Source of the DNA: a virus
Taxonomy: Duplodnaviria > Caudoviricetes
Strand: one strand, 5' to 3'
DNA: 59,269 nucleotides
IMG/VR virus record: IMGVR_UViG_3300010052_000141
Location: 1 to 59,269 of that record
In this document: piece by piece, positions 1 to 9,644 of the stretch
Layout: every line of letters begins with the position of its first letter
Position numbering within the stretch: position 1 is the first letter of the stretch
Program-made: the position numbers and the translations under genes
The notes under the pieces: generated by a model
What the model was told of the DNA's origin: nothing
What the model saw: only the letters and a program-made list of their open reading frames with translations
Databases searched by the model: none

Positions 1-1122
1 TTAAGCTTTTTCCGCTCTGGCCCGCACCACCTTCGAAGGTGCGGGCATAGACGTTCCGGTTTCATCCAGCTTATGCGCCGCGCCGGCCGATAGCCGAGCC
101 CGGGAAGCCTCACGGGTGTAGACCTCAGCCTGGGCTATGGTCGTCCAGCCGAATAGGGCCATGAGCTCGTGGACGGTAGCCCCGTTCTCCGCGGCCAGCG
201 TGGCGGCGATTTTCCGGACGCCGTGGGCACTTTTTTTCACACCAGCCATCCGAGCAGCCTCCGAAAATGCATTGCCGAACGATTCTTTGGTGAAGGGTAG
301 ACCGCGGGCGCCGCAAATCCATGTCAGGTCCCCGGTCGGCCCCGTATCAAGGGTCCGGCGCAGCGGCGCCAGAATCGGGATGGTCACGGTTGTGATCTCG
401 CCGCCCTTTTCCGTCTTCCATTGCACGACGCGGGTAACGCTGCCGTCCTCGTTCCGGATATCCTTTTCGTGCTGGCGACCGATGATCGCCGCATCACCAC
501 GGCGCGGGCCGGTATAGAGCAGTACGTCGAGCCACACGTATTGGCGGGTGCCAAGCGGCCAACGGCGACGGTATGCCTCAACGTCCTCGCGGGTCCATGC
601 TGGGAAGCCGTTGCTCTTCTTCCGCTTCGGGGCGTCAATGTCGCCGTCCGCCGTGGGGTCTGTCTTTACGTGCTTCCGCTTCTTGGCCCAACGAAACAGC
701 CCCTGCATCGTGTCAAGGAAGTTCCGGGCGGCGGCGGGCGTCTTTGATCGCTTGTCGAGTCCATCCTGGATGTTCTGCGGGCCGATCGCGGCATAGGGCT
801 TTGTACCGCTGCTCGCCAAGACGTGCAGCATAATGTTCTCGCGCTGCTTCCGTGTTGATAGAGCAAGGTCGGTCCAAGCGCTGGTCTCACGGTAGCTATT
901 CCACAACCATTGCAGAGACGCCTTGGCCGGGCTCGCTTTGCCACTGAGGGGCTTGCCGGCGATAGCCGCGTCATACTCAGCCTTGAATTCGTCGGTCCCG
1001 TAGGCCGCCTTGATGCGCGTGCGAGGGCCCTTGCCGACGCGGACCACCCAAACGTATTTACCGTGGCGCGTCTTCTCGTGCTGGAGATGTGGCGGGCGGG
1101 GACGGGGCATGTCGGGGATCAA
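1..1122 (-). CDS. int: Tyrosine recombinase (phage integrase)
   Basis: Catalytic residues in TGPRRGD, KTEK, HGVRK (HxxR), FGW and VYT. ATG start at 1110 also possible. Confidence 0.93.
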   Translation of the reverse strand: MIPDMPRPRPPHLQHEKTRHGKYVWVVRVGKGPRTRIKAAYGTDEFKAEYDAAIAGKPLSGKASPAKASLQWLWNSYRETSAWTDLALSTRKQRENIMLHVLASSGTKPYAAIGPQNIQDGLDKRSKTPAAARNFLDTMQGLFRWAKKRKHVKTDPTADGDIDAPKRKKSNGFPAWTREDVEAYRRRWPLGTRQYVWLDVLLYTGPRRGDAAIIGRQHEKDIRNEDGSVTRVVQWKTEKGGEITTVTIPILAPLRRTLDTGPTGDLTWICGARGLPFTKESFGNAFSEAARMAGVKKSAHGVRKIAATLAAENGATVHELMALFGWTTIAQAEVYTREASRARLSAGAAHKLDETGTSMPAPSKVVRARAEKA

Positions 1123-1304
1123 AGGCTGATCCTCCGGTCGTATTCAACTTCGTTTTCTGGCTTGTCCCCCGCAGGTTCCGATTGCAAGTCAATCCGGATC
1201 GTGCCGTCAGGAAGCAGCCGCACCGACCGGGCGCCAGCCTGTTTCGCTGCGCGAAGTGATCGCGCAACGTCAGCCTGGGTAAATCGGGCGGCGGTTCGGC
1301 TCAT
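1119..1304 (-). CDS. Putative excisionase / small DNA-binding protein
   Basis: 61 aa basic ORF overlapping the int start, in the usual xis position. Confidence 0.55.
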   Translation of the reverse strand: MSRTAARFTQADVARSLRAAKQAGARSVRLLPDGTIRIDLQSEPAGDKPENEVEYDRRISL

Positions 1305-1452
1305 GATCGCAGTATAACCAATCTCTCTGAATTTCAGAAACGTGACTTCGATGCTCTACGCGTCCCTACGACGCCCGTTGCGGCTGAATGACTGACGCTT
1401 CTCTGTAAAATCAACGCTATTTCCATGGTCGGCGGTGTACAGTTCGCAAAAA

Positions 1453-1794
1453 TTATTTTGGGTCCAGACATTTTCCCACAGCATCGCGGATACACTTGGC
1501 GTCTTGCAGGTCGTTCTTGCCGAAGTGTTCCTGAGCTTCTTGGTCGTTGGTGGCGACAAAGCCGCAATGGTAGCAATTCCAGATGCTTGTCGCGGCGGCA
1601 TACTGCCGAGCCAACAAAAGCGGGTTGTGGTGGCACGTCTCGGCCGTGTGCCCGGTATCTTCGCAGACTGAGCAGCAGATGTGCCGGCATTCGTCCTGCC
1701 GTTTCGCGCGCTGCAAATCCTCGATCGCCTCGTCATAGTCGGCGGCGGTTATCGCGCCCGTTCGGTAGACAACGGAAGCTTGGATGTCGCTCAT
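1453..1794 (-). CDS. Hypothetical protein, Cys/His-rich (possible Zn-binding)
   Basis: CSVC, HTAETC and CYHC motifs; 4-nt overlap with the upstream gene. Confidence 0.55.
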   Translation of the reverse strand: MSDIQASVVYRTGAITAADYDEAIEDLQRAKRQDECRHICCSVCEDTGHTAETCHHNPLLLARQYAAATSIWNCYHCGFVATNDQEAQEHFGKNDLQDAKCIRDAVGKCLDPK

Positions 1795-2117
1795 TTGCCG
1801 CGCTCCCCCGATCCGGACACATCATCAAGCAAGTGATTGATGCGAGCCAGAACGGCAACGCCGGTGCTGGTTGGGGATGGCAGTTTTTCCTGCAAGTATT
1901 CGATTTGCAGGCTCGCATCCTTCAGCATTTCCACGAGCGCTTCGTGATTGTTGACGGCGTTGACGATGATCGGTGCGAGCCTGAGCGCGCCGGGGCAGGC
2001 GACCCTGATCTCCGAATCCTCGTCGCCCTCAATGTGGATCACCGCCTCGTCATAGGGGATCGCTTCGTCATCGTCCGGCCCCATGCAGACGATGCTGCCC
2101 ATCACAAGTTTAGTCAT
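1791..2117 (-). CDS. Hypothetical phage protein
   Basis: MTKLVMG start overlaps the neighbouring gene in the leftward operon. Confidence 0.5.
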   Translation of the reverse strand: MTKLVMGSIVCMGPDDDEAIPYDEAVIHIEGDEDSEIRVACPGALRLAPIIVNAVNNHEALVEMLKDASLQIEYLQEKLPSPTSTGVAVLARINHLLDDVSGSGERGK

Positions 2118-2352
2118 GCCGCGCGTCCTCCGTGACCTGTGGAGAGCGGATGACTCCGGCGGTCCAATCGGCCATGCCGGAGGACGCTTGAAGCGCTCCA
2201 AATTTCTCGGTGCAGGATACGCAGCGCGTGACTTCGTGGTCCGGTGTCGGCGGATATCCCGAGTACCGCATCGCGAAGCTACATCCAGGCTTCATGCTGT
2301 CATGAAACCGGCCGCAGCGATCGCACTTCGGCATCATGTTACAGATGCTCAT
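2110..2352 (-). CDS. Hypothetical protein with CxxC pairs
   Basis: CDRC and CVSC motifs; overlaps both neighbours. Confidence 0.5.
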   Translation of the reverse strand: MSICNMMPKCDRCGRFHDSMKPGCSFAMRYSGYPPTPDHEVTRCVSCTEKFGALQASSGMADWTAGVIRSPQVTEDARHD

Positions 2353-2669
2353 TTTGCCGCATCTCCTTTAGGCGGGCGCGTCACCGAGGATGCCGGCAGC
2401 ACCAAATATGGCTTCGTCGCGTATTTGTATGGCGGCTTCTGAGTACGCTTACCGGCGTTCGGCCCAGTTAGGATTTCCACCACGCGCCAGTTGTGTGCGA
2501 AGACTTCGATCTTTATTTTGCCTTCCTTCACAAGTTCGGTCGTGACGCCAATGCGTAGCGTGCCGGTTGGGTTCTCCTGGCTTCGGTTCGTCGGGCATCT
2601 GGCCCCACTGACCGCAGCCCGCTCGATCTCGGCAAATCCATCATCGAGTAATTGACGAGCAATTGGCAT
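2349..2669 (-). CDS. Hypothetical phage protein
   Basis: Tightly packed ORF in the leftward operon. Confidence 0.55.
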   Translation of the reverse strand: MPIARQLLDDGFAEIERAAVSGARCPTNRSQENPTGTLRIGVTTELVKEGKIKIEVFAHNWRVVEILTGPNAGKRTQKPPYKYATKPYLVLPASSVTRPPKGDAAK

Positions 2670-2672
2670 CGC

Positions 2673-3074
2673 CTATCCAATCGCCAATTGAGTGTAACGG
2701 GGGTTGCCGTTCTTGTCGGGCGCGCAGGTTTCGATGGCACATGCGCGCGTATCGCCGGGACGGCAAGCCTGCCCGGTGGACTTTGGGCCACGGCTCAAGC
2801 ACTCATAGCGGTGCCAATTGGTGGTTGAGCCGTCGTCAAAGACGATCCTGACCATCGGCTTTCGATAGTCGGGCAGGAAAATTCCGTCTCGCATATGGTC
2901 AATGAAATCGGCCGGATTGAACGTGAGCGGGACGTTCGTCAGCCCTTCCAGTTTGGCTGCAACCGCCGCCGCCGGTGCAGATATGAGGGCGGCCAGACCA
3001 GCCGCAATCGCGCGACGGTTCACTATCAGTTTGGCCGGCTCGTCCTTGAACAGGCATAGTTCGCGGTTGGTCAT
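2673..3074 (-). CDS. Hypothetical phage protein
   Basis: Tightly packed ORF with an RR-hydrophobic segment (NRRAIAAGLAAL). Confidence 0.5.
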   Translation of the reverse strand: MTNRELCLFKDEPAKLIVNRRAIAAGLAALISAPAAAVAAKLEGLTNVPLTFNPADFIDHMRDGIFLPDYRKPMVRIVFDDGSTTNWHRYECLSRGPKSTGQACRPGDTRACAIETCAPDKNGNPRYTQLAIG

Positions 3075-3075
3075 C

Positions 3076-3270
3076 TCACTGCTCCCAGCGCAGTTTTCTG
3101 ATGGTGCCGTTTTGCACGTCTATGCGGTACAATCCCCCGCTGCTGTCCGACACGATTGAAACGTCAGCGCCTCCCAAATATACCGCCCCCTCAAAATGAG
3201 GCATGGACTTCTCGGCTGTGGGCTTATTGGAACGAAGCTTCGTTGAAGATCGCGAAGGTTTTTTAGCCAT
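3076..3270 (-). CDS. Hypothetical protein
   Basis: AAGGAG ribosome site before MAKKPS. Confidence 0.5.
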   Translation of the reverse strand: MAKKPSRSSTKLRSNKPTAEKSMPHFEGAVYLGGADVSIVSDSSGGLYRIDVQNGTIRKLRWEQ

Positions 3271-3272
3271 TT

Positions 3273-3458
3273 CTATTCTCCTTGGGTTGATTGGTGATGC
3301 GAAGAGAGTGCGAGACGGCCGTAGCCGTAGCAATCGGGGCACTCGGCGACGCTGCGTTCTTCCGCTTCTATATTTTGCGGATGCAGATATGTCGCCCAAT
3401 CCAGAACGATTTCGCCATTGCCCTGGCATCGCTCGCACAATGGTCCGCGCTCCGTCAT
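3273..3458 (-). CDS. Small DnaJ-type zinc-finger-like protein
   Basis: CERCQGNG and CPDCYGYG (CxxCxGxG twice). Confidence 0.55.
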   Translation of the reverse strand: MTERGPLCERCQGNGEIVLDWATYLHPQNIEAEERSVAECPDCYGYGRLALSSHHQSTQGE

Positions 3459-4144
3459 GCAAACATCTCCGCCTGTCGCAGCGATTCCGAGATGCGATTA
3501 AGTGCGATCTCGAAAAACTCGGTCTTCAGCTCGATACCGACGAATGGGCGACCAAGTTTTATGGCCGCAATTGCCGTGCTACCGCCGCCCAGAAAAGGAT
3601 CAACAATCAACCCTGCAGGTGCTCGGCTAACAAAATGGGCCATAAGAGCCACGGGCTTTTCGAATGGGTGGTAGCGGTGCCCGTCGTTACGATTGCCTAC
3701 GCATCCAGCAATGGCATTGAATGAAATGATCCCGCCAGATCGCTTCGGAGCAGCCCAACCGTCGCCGCCGACGTGCACAAGTTCAAAGCTCGGTTTCCAC
3801 GGTAGGCGAAGATCGCCAGCGCCCGTATGCTCACCCTTGTTCCAAACAACGGTTGTCTTGGTACCCGGTGGATGAGGGACACGAACCGCAGAGAGAACCG
3901 CGAAAGGCGCTGCGGCAGCAGCAATAGCTTCATCGCGAACGGTCGTATCCTGATCGCCGGCAATGGTTATGCCGGCCCACATTCCGCCGTCGCCCTTGCT
4001 GCCTCCGCCCATTCCGGCTCGAGCGGCCACGCCATAAGGGGGGTCGCTGATCAGTGCACCAATCGGGCGAAGCGTCGGCAAAATCTCCCGACAGTCGCCC
4101 AGGTACAGCGTGACGCCTTCGGCTATGGTCTCTTTTCGGGTCAC
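3455..4144 (-). CDS. Orphan DNA methyltransferase, N6-adenine/N4-cytosine, beta class
   Basis: LYLGDC, SDPPY, HPFEKP, DPFLGGGST and GIE motifs in beta order; GTG start at 4144. Confidence 0.9.
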   Translation of the reverse strand: MTRKETIAEGVTLYLGDCREILPTLRPIGALISDPPYGVAARAGMGGGSKGDGGMWAGITIAGDQDTTVRDEAIAAAAAPFAVLSAVRVPHPPGTKTTVVWNKGEHTGAGDLRLPWKPSFELVHVGGDGWAAPKRSGGIISFNAIAGCVGNRNDGHRYHPFEKPVALMAHFVSRAPAGLIVDPFLGGGSTAIAAIKLGRPFVGIELKTEFFEIALNRISESLRQAEMFA

Positions 4145-4377
4145 TCTGCCGCACCCCCTCGATAAGCCGGAGACATGGCGCGGGCCTTCGCCTCGTTGGC
4201 CGCCTCCGTGCGGAAGCAAAGCGCCAATGCAGCGCGTAGGGTTTGCTCCTTGAGGTCCCCAATCCCATCAGGGTAGGCGCGTTCGAATAGCGCGCTCTGG
4301 TTGACGGGGAATGTTGCAAGCAGGAAATTGATTTCCTTACGCAACGAAGCATCGACGTAATCTTGTACCTTCCTCAT
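4141..4377 (-). CDS. Hypothetical protein
   Basis: 4-nt overlaps at both ends. Confidence 0.5.
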   Translation of the reverse strand: MRKVQDYVDASLRKEINFLLATFPVNQSALFERAYPDGIGDLKEQTLRAALALCFRTEAANEAKARAMSPAYRGGAAE

Positions 4378-4604
4378 GGGGACTTTTCCTGCGTGGAGGA
4401 TAGTGCGGATATGCCGGCGTCGGTAACGCACCAAAATTGGTCGTGCCATCGCTTGCAACGATCAACTCGTTTGACTAGGCGCCTCGCTTGTAGACGCTTG
4501 ATTGCGCGCCATTTGCTGTAATTGTGGGTGTAAAACCCTCCCCAAAATGTCATGCGATGAATCTGGCTCAGTAGCTCTATCTGCGTTCTGGAAAGGATCG
4601 CCAT
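4374..4604 (-). CDS. Hypothetical protein, possible winged helix
   Basis: LQARRLV...WCVTDAG pattern. Confidence 0.45.
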   Translation of the reverse strand: MAILSRTQIELLSQIHRMTFWGGFYTHNYSKWRAIKRLQARRLVKRVDRCKRWHDQFWCVTDAGISALSSTQEKSP

Positions 4605-4607
4605 GCG

Positions 4608-5576
4608 TCAATCCTCCGCGCTGTTTTGGCTTGTCGATGACACCGAGGATGCTCGATCCAGTCTCTCAATCTCAGCAGCGATGAGAGCTCCGGCCTTCAC
4701 AAGGTTGCGGCGGCTATTGGACGGCTTCCACCAATTCGTGTCCCAAGGCCAATAGCGCAGCGGGAAGTCACCTGGATCGAACACGCTGGCGTAGACGTAG
4801 CAGAGCGCGGCCTGCGCTAATGAACCTTCTTCATGTCTGTCATCGTGATCCGCCGTCCAGCCTTCATCCTCAACCTGTCGAAAACGCTCATTGGCAATAT
4901 CGAGTATCGCGCGGGGTATATCCTTCACCCCAATAGACTCCCCCGCTGCGTAGGCGACATCGCGGATATGGTCCGCGATCCATTGAGAGGCTTCCAGTAG
5001 TTTAGCCGCCTCCTGGTCGAAATCGCCTTCTTCCATTAGGTCTTGGCTATAATCAGCCAGCCAATTCGATATGCGAGCACCGTTCTTATCGCCCCCGGCG
5101 TTACTGGCGGGCTGCGGCGCGGCGTAGAGGGGCACCTTGGTGCCACCAACCTGCTCGATATGTAGGTCTGCTACACGCTCGTCTTTGAAATGGAATTCAA
5201 AGCCCATCGAATCGATAACAAACCATCGGACCGCCTCGCCCTTATCGCCTCCGGGCACGGGTTGGGCGCGCTCCAGTTCGTCGGCGACGGCGCGGCAATG
5301 TTCTTCCAGCGAAGATAATTGAGTGCAATAATGTGCGGCTTCGCGAAGACGTTTGGCCAAGACCTCGGCGTTTGTGATCGGCTCTGCTTGGGCAGCACTG
5401 AGCCGGCGCGATATCTCTTTGAGGACTTCTCCGGGCTGGACCTGGAGACCGGGACCGCTGTGGGATACGCTCATGCATGCGCCGGGCTGCCCGAGATGAT
5501 GCGCCACGGTGGCGATATTGTCTTCGAGATAGTCCTGCTCAGTGGCAGTGGACCTGCTCTGTACTGCGTCGCTCAT
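4608..5576 (-). CDS. Mosaic phage early protein with a conserved C-terminal phage domain
   Basis: GGAGAGG-like ribosome site region before MSDAVQ; C-terminal ERFRQVEDEGW...HDD...WPW...WWKP...LVKAGALIAAEIERLDR is a recurrent phage domain. Confidence 0.65.
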   Translation of the reverse strand: MSDAVQSRSTATEQDYLEDNIATVAHHLGQPGACMSVSHSGPGLQVQPGEVLKEISRRLSAAQAEPITNAEVLAKRLREAAHYCTQLSSLEEHCRAVADELERAQPVPGGDKGEAVRWFVIDSMGFEFHFKDERVADLHIEQVGGTKVPLYAAPQPASNAGGDKNGARISNWLADYSQDLMEEGDFDQEAAKLLEASQWIADHIRDVAYAAGESIGVKDIPRAILDIANERFRQVEDEGWTADHDDRHEEGSLAQAALCYVYASVFDPGDFPLRYWPWDTNWWKPSNSRRNLVKAGALIAAEIERLDRASSVSSTSQNSAED

Positions 5577-5578
5577 GG

Positions 5579-5827
5579 CTACCTCGCCCAAGTCGGGGGT
5601 TTGCATCCCCATGGAGTGTTGCGGCGTGCGCGCTCGCGAATTTCCCGCAACGATGAGTTGACGGCGGCGGCCTTTGCTGCATCGAGGGCCTGCCTCAGAA
5701 GCTCGGTTTGCTCTGCTAAGAGTCGATTGTGCTCCCTCTCGTTCCGGATTCGACATCCGACGCGCAGGCACATTTGGTCTTCGCAAAGCGCCTCGTCGCG
5801 TTCGTAACAGGTGATGCCCTCCGTCAT
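5579..5827 (-). CDS. Hypothetical protein
   Basis: MTEGITC start; operon packing. Confidence 0.45.
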   Translation of the reverse strand: MTEGITCYERDEALCEDQMCLRVGCRIRNEREHNRLLAEQTELLRQALDAAKAAAVNSSLREIRERARRNTPWGCKPPTWAR

Positions 5828-6031
5828 CGCACGCTCCACGTTCCGAGCAAGTAAGCGGCGCCACCAACAGCGGCTGGCGCTACGAACATCCCCAGCAGGG
5901 CTAAATAGAATGGGGTTGAGCCGGTCATTGAGCAGCCCCAATCATCACTCTGACGACAGGCCAGAGAAATATCGCGGTGAAAATCAGACCGGCTGCGAGA
6001 AGGGTTGCGGCGGCTGTGAGGAGGGTGCGGG

Positions 6032-6874
6032 TCATGACGTCAGCGCCTTCAGTTCTAGGTAAAACTCGTGATATCGGACCATCCGCGCGATATCCTTTTC
6101 GGTCACGCCTTTGAGCCGGCGGATGTCGCTGTTGTGTCGGAGGTCTTCGATCTTGACGCGAACGGCGTCGGGGTTTCCTTTCACGGCCTCGCGGTATTGT
6201 CCCTCGTCCTCGCCTTCGAACTTCGTGAGGCATAGGATTGCTTTAACCACGCGCTCGCTAAATCCCATTTGCAGAAGCCCAAATTCGTTCGTATCGGTGT
6301 CCTCCAAAAGGTCATGTCCGACCGCGATGCACTGCAACTCCTCATCGTCGGTTCGCAGTCGGTGCATGACGGTCAGCGGATGAAGGATGTATGGCCGGCC
6401 GCCCCTGTCGTACTGGCCGGCGTGCCGCTCAGTCGCCAGCGAGATCATCTTGGAAAGCATCTCGCCCTTAATCATTCCCCCCGGCTCCTTTTGCAGGGCG
6501 GCGCGAGCCTCAGAAATCCAATGACGCATGACAGACCAATTCGTCCGGCCGACAGCTAGGATCACATCGCGTTCAGCGAATGAAAGTCCATCGACACAAT
6601 CGGTGAGACCCCGCAGCGCCGCTTCCAGTTCCTCTATCCTCGCCTTTAGGGAGGCGTGGGAGTTGACCGCTTCAACGATGAAGGCGGCATTGGCGTCCGC
6701 CTCTGGATCGTCATCCCATGCACCTTCAACCCATGGCGACTTGAGTTTGAGCATTGCCATCGGGCTCTTGTGGGTCGGGATGATGTAGCCTTGCGGCGAT
6801 AGCTCCCACGGCAGTGCGCTATGCTGCCGCGCGGCGGGGATTTTGGGCTGGGATGGAGCCACTGCGGCGGTCAT
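6032..6874 (-). CDS. RelA/SpoT-type HD hydrolase (small alarmone hydrolase-like) at 6032-6475, in frame with an N-terminal phage domain
   Basis: HAGQYDRGGRPYILHP, HDLLEDT and VKIEDLRHN motifs; internal AAGGAG plus ATG at 6475. Confidence 0.8.
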   Translation of the reverse strand: MTAAVAPSQPKIPAARQHSALPWELSPQGYIIPTHKSPMAMLKLKSPWVEGAWDDDPEADANAAFIVEAVNSHASLKARIEELEAALRGLTDCVDGLSFAERDVILAVGRTNWSVMRHWISEARAALQKEPGGMIKGEMLSKMISLATERHAGQYDRGGRPYILHPLTVMHRLRTDDEELQCIAVGHDLLEDTDTNEFGLLQMGFSERVVKAILCLTKFEGEDEGQYREAVKGNPDAVRVKIEDLRHNSDIRRLKGVTEKDIARMVRYHEFYLELKALTS

Positions 6875-7209
6875 GACGCGGCCAGTACTGCACGGGCGCG
6901 GGTGAGGGCGGCACCGAAGGTGCGGGGCCTTGCTACAGCGATGTCGTCAAAAGCGCTTGGGTAGTTATTGTCGCGGCTCCAGCGTTCACTACGCAGTGGA
7001 GCAGTGCAAAATGAGCCTACACCGACAGCAATCCGAGGGCCAAAGCCCGCCGCTTTGAAGTGTTGAGATATCAGACAATGGCCTGTGTCGGCGTAGCAAT
7101 AGACGCCGTCCGCTGGCTGCTTCTCCAGCCACGCAATCAAGCTCTCCAGCGAAAACGGATCGGCCTTTGTCTTTGCATCCCATCTCTGATCATAAAGCAT
7201 TGAAGTCAT
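6871..7209 (-). CDS. Hypothetical phage protein
   Basis: Clean ORF with 4-nt overlap. Confidence 0.55.
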   Translation of the reverse strand: MTSMLYDQRWDAKTKADPFSLESLIAWLEKQPADGVYCYADTGHCLISQHFKAAGFGPRIAVGVGSFCTAPLRSERWSRDNNYPSAFDDIAVARPRTFGAALTRARAVLAAS

Positions 7210-7336
7210 TCCTCATTTGTTGAGACGTTTGCGCGCAATTCAGAAGCGACCCTTCAGCAGCTAAAGGCTGCGACATTCCACACGATCAAAATCGCTATCG
7301 CTCCGATGAAGCTGAGCCATGCTGAGAGGGTGTCTG

Positions 7337-7777
7337 TCATCGTGATCTCATGATGACTGAGTTTAAAATTCCCTCGGCGACCTCGTCATCGCCAGAGCAG
7401 GAATGCAGTGCCAGGGCGAGGCCGAACGGATCGATGCCCTTGGATGCCCACCACAACAATTCGTTGCCGGCGGCGTGCTGCGCGTCGTGTTCCTCGCGGC
7501 TCAAGGGGACAACCCACTTATCTGACGGCTTCTCGCCGCCGCCGGTTTCTCGCTTTCCGTAGACTGGATTGGCCGAACGGATGTGCGCCGGGTCAGGGTT
7601 GGGCGTGCCGCGGATGCAGCAGCGCAACGTCCTGATCCATTTCAGATGCGCTTCATCTTCAATGCGGGGGCGCTTCTGCTTCGTCCTGACGACGGAGAAG
7701 GCTGTTGAGGGAGGGACAATGCGCTGTGCTCTCACAACCGCATCTCCACTCGTTTTGTGGCGTTCTCGCTCTGCCAT
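7337..7777 (-). CDS. DUF968 / HNH-like recombination-associated nuclease
   Basis: HLKWIRTLRCC...AHIR...KPSDKWVVPL...HDAQH. Confidence 0.7.
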   Translation of the reverse strand: MAERERHKTSGDAVVRAQRIVPPSTAFSVVRTKQKRPRIEDEAHLKWIRTLRCCIRGTPNPDPAHIRSANPVYGKRETGGGEKPSDKWVVPLSREEHDAQHAAGNELLWWASKGIDPFGLALALHSCSGDDEVAEGILNSVIMRSR

Positions 7778-8058
7778 TCCATAAATTTCATGCGGATGTA
7801 TTCCATTTGGACCTTGAGGCGATTAGCGGCTTGCCGCTGTGTCGATATCGAGAGCAGTTCCCCGCGCCACTCCTCGGAAGCCTTCACGGTCATTTCCGCG
7901 CGGGAAACCGGCATATCGCCAAGCGCCAGCATCTTCTCGGCAAGGACTGCACTCTTGGTATCTTCCAAGAGGGAAGCTGCGGCCTCAGCGTCTACCCATT
8001 GCTTTGCGACAATGCGGTATTGCTCCGACCAAGGGAGGTTGGTTACGGGAGCGTTCAT
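7732..8058 (-). CDS. Hypothetical helical protein of the recombination module
   Basis: Lies between the exonuclease and the DUF968-like gene. Confidence 0.6.
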   Translation of the reverse strand: MNAPVTNLPWSEQYRIVAKQWVDAEAAASLLEDTKSAVLAEKMLALGDMPVSRAEMTVKASEEWRGELLSISTQRQAANRLKVQMEYIRMKFMEWQSENATKRVEMRL

Positions 8059-8684
8059 GCGGCTTCTCGCTCGCCATAGAGGCTGTTAAGCTCGGAGAGC
8101 TTCACGGCCATTTCGAGCAAGAACGCCGCGATCTCGGATTCCAGTTCCTTGATCCGGGCGTCATCTCGGTTCACGCGCTTGATGAACAGGCGCATGTTTT
8201 CCGGCATCCTGGGATCATATGAGACGAAATCGCAGAACTTGCGGCCAGTGCAGGCCATCTGAAATTGCATCTGCGTTTCGTATTTGGACGGGACGGCCTG
8301 ACCGAGAAGCGTTTCCAAATGCGTTGCCGTATTTGGGCACTTGATCTCGACCAGACCGTCGTCATCCACCAAACCGTCGGGGCTGCACCCGGCTTGGTCG
8401 ATCTTGGGGTGAGGGACGAACGCGACCTCCATAACCGTGACGCCCTGATAGAACTCATATGCGGCGCGGGCCTCCGGTTCGGTTTCCGTGCCGTGCTGCA
8501 TCGCTGCGTTTGTGTATGCGTCAGCAACCGTGTTCGTCAGGCGCTCGGCAATGAGCTGCGCCATGTAGTTTGCCCGGCCGGCGCTATATCCGCTCTTGGT
8601 GCGGCCAACCACGTCAGAGACGCGGGAGGCAGTCACTTTGCCGAGGCGAAGGGCTTTCCACTCGTCTGATCCCTGAATAATCAT
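8055..8684 (-). CDS. YqaJ / lambda-exonuclease family recombinase
   Basis: QGSDEW...RLGKVTAS, GTETE, SPDGL, EIKCP and QMQFQM motifs. Confidence 0.93.
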   Translation of the reverse strand: MIIQGSDEWKALRLGKVTASRVSDVVGRTKSGYSAGRANYMAQLIAERLTNTVADAYTNAAMQHGTETEPEARAAYEFYQGVTVMEVAFVPHPKIDQAGCSPDGLVDDDGLVEIKCPNTATHLETLLGQAVPSKYETQMQFQMACTGRKFCDFVSYDPRMPENMRLFIKRVNRDDARIKELESEIAAFLLEMAVKLSELNSLYGEREAA

Positions 8685-9454
8685 TTTGCCCTCTTGCGGT
8701 TGAGCGCGGTCACGGCGCGGCCGAAATTCTTAGCGGGCAAAGCCGCGAAACTGTCGATGCTCATATATTTGCAGAACGCCGCTTTATCAGCGCCGACTTC
8801 ATCGGCCAGTGCGACAAGCTGATTGAGTTGATCTTGGGTGATGGCGCCCCCGACATTTGCGGCGTCATTGCCGTCGTTATCCTCACCAATAACAAGGTTG
8901 AAGATCATCCCGAGCAGGTAGCGGCGTCCGTAGGTAACACCTGCGCCCGTGGCGTGGGTCTTGGTCATCACGTCGCCGCCCTTGGCGCCCTTTCCGTCCG
9001 CCGGCATGTCAATATACGGGCGTTCCGTATGGCCGCCGCGCGAAACCTTGCACTGGACACGGATGCAGCCGTCCGGCGCACCTTCGCCTGTGTAGAAGCT
9101 TAGAGAGAAGCCGTGCTTGGTGTAGATCGGGCGCGCCTCCGCATCGACAGCCTCATATTTGGCGTACTTGCTCTTGGTCTGCGGATTACTTGCCCGTGCC
9201 GCAATCGGGCGCATTTCCTTTTGTGCCTCCATCATCGCCGTGTTGAAGGCAATCTCGTCCTCGCGCGCGATTGCTCGCTCGTACAGCGCGGCATATCGCT
9301 CGACCTTCTCAACTTCGATAGTCGGGTCGGACATCGCGCGGCCGAGAACATGCAACAGCGATTGGGTCGGCGGAACTTGCGGGATCAACATCGACGGAGC
9401 GTCGTCAGCAAGCTTACCGAGCACCGGATTATCGCTGAAAGAAACCTGTCTCAT
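8681..9454 (-). CDS. erf: ERF-family single-strand annealing protein
   Basis: NPQTKSKYA and GAGVTYGRRYLL...EDNDG; adjacent to the exonuclease. Confidence 0.88.
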   Translation of the reverse strand: MRQVSFSDNPVLGKLADDAPSMLIPQVPPTQSLLHVLGRAMSDPTIEVEKVERYAALYERAIAREDEIAFNTAMMEAQKEMRPIAARASNPQTKSKYAKYEAVDAEARPIYTKHGFSLSFYTGEGAPDGCIRVQCKVSRGGHTERPYIDMPADGKGAKGGDVMTKTHATGAGVTYGRRYLLGMIFNLVIGEDNDGNDAANVGGAITQDQLNQLVALADEVGADKAAFCKYMSIDSFAALPAKNFGRAVTALNRKRAK

Positions 9455-9639
9455 GTTCGCTCCTTCTCGGTTTTGACTGCGGCCTGCTGGCGCTCATAGA
9501 GCGCATCCAGACGTTTCGCGAAGAAGTGCAAACGCTCGTTAGCCTCAAGTGGCGTTGCGCCCGCGCGGCGTTCGGCTGAATAGAAATTCAGAAGGGCCGT
9601 TTCGCGCAGCCCGGCCGGGGAGGGTGATGTGATTCCCAT
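9451..9639 (-). CDS. Hypothetical protein
   Basis: Operon packing. Confidence 0.5.
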   Translation of the reverse strand: MGITSPSPAGLRETALLNFYSAERRAGATPLEANERLHFFAKRLDALYERQQAAVKTEKERT

Positions 9640-9644
9640 CGCCG

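Noticed and set aside
1-60. attL/attR core repeats
   Set aside because: The window starts at the int stop codon and ends at a start codon. I found no terminal direct repeat by eye.
3455-4144. Calling the methylase CcrM or part of a restriction-modification system
   Set aside because: Only the beta-class motif order is visible. Specificity is unknown and no cognate endonuclease is adjacent.
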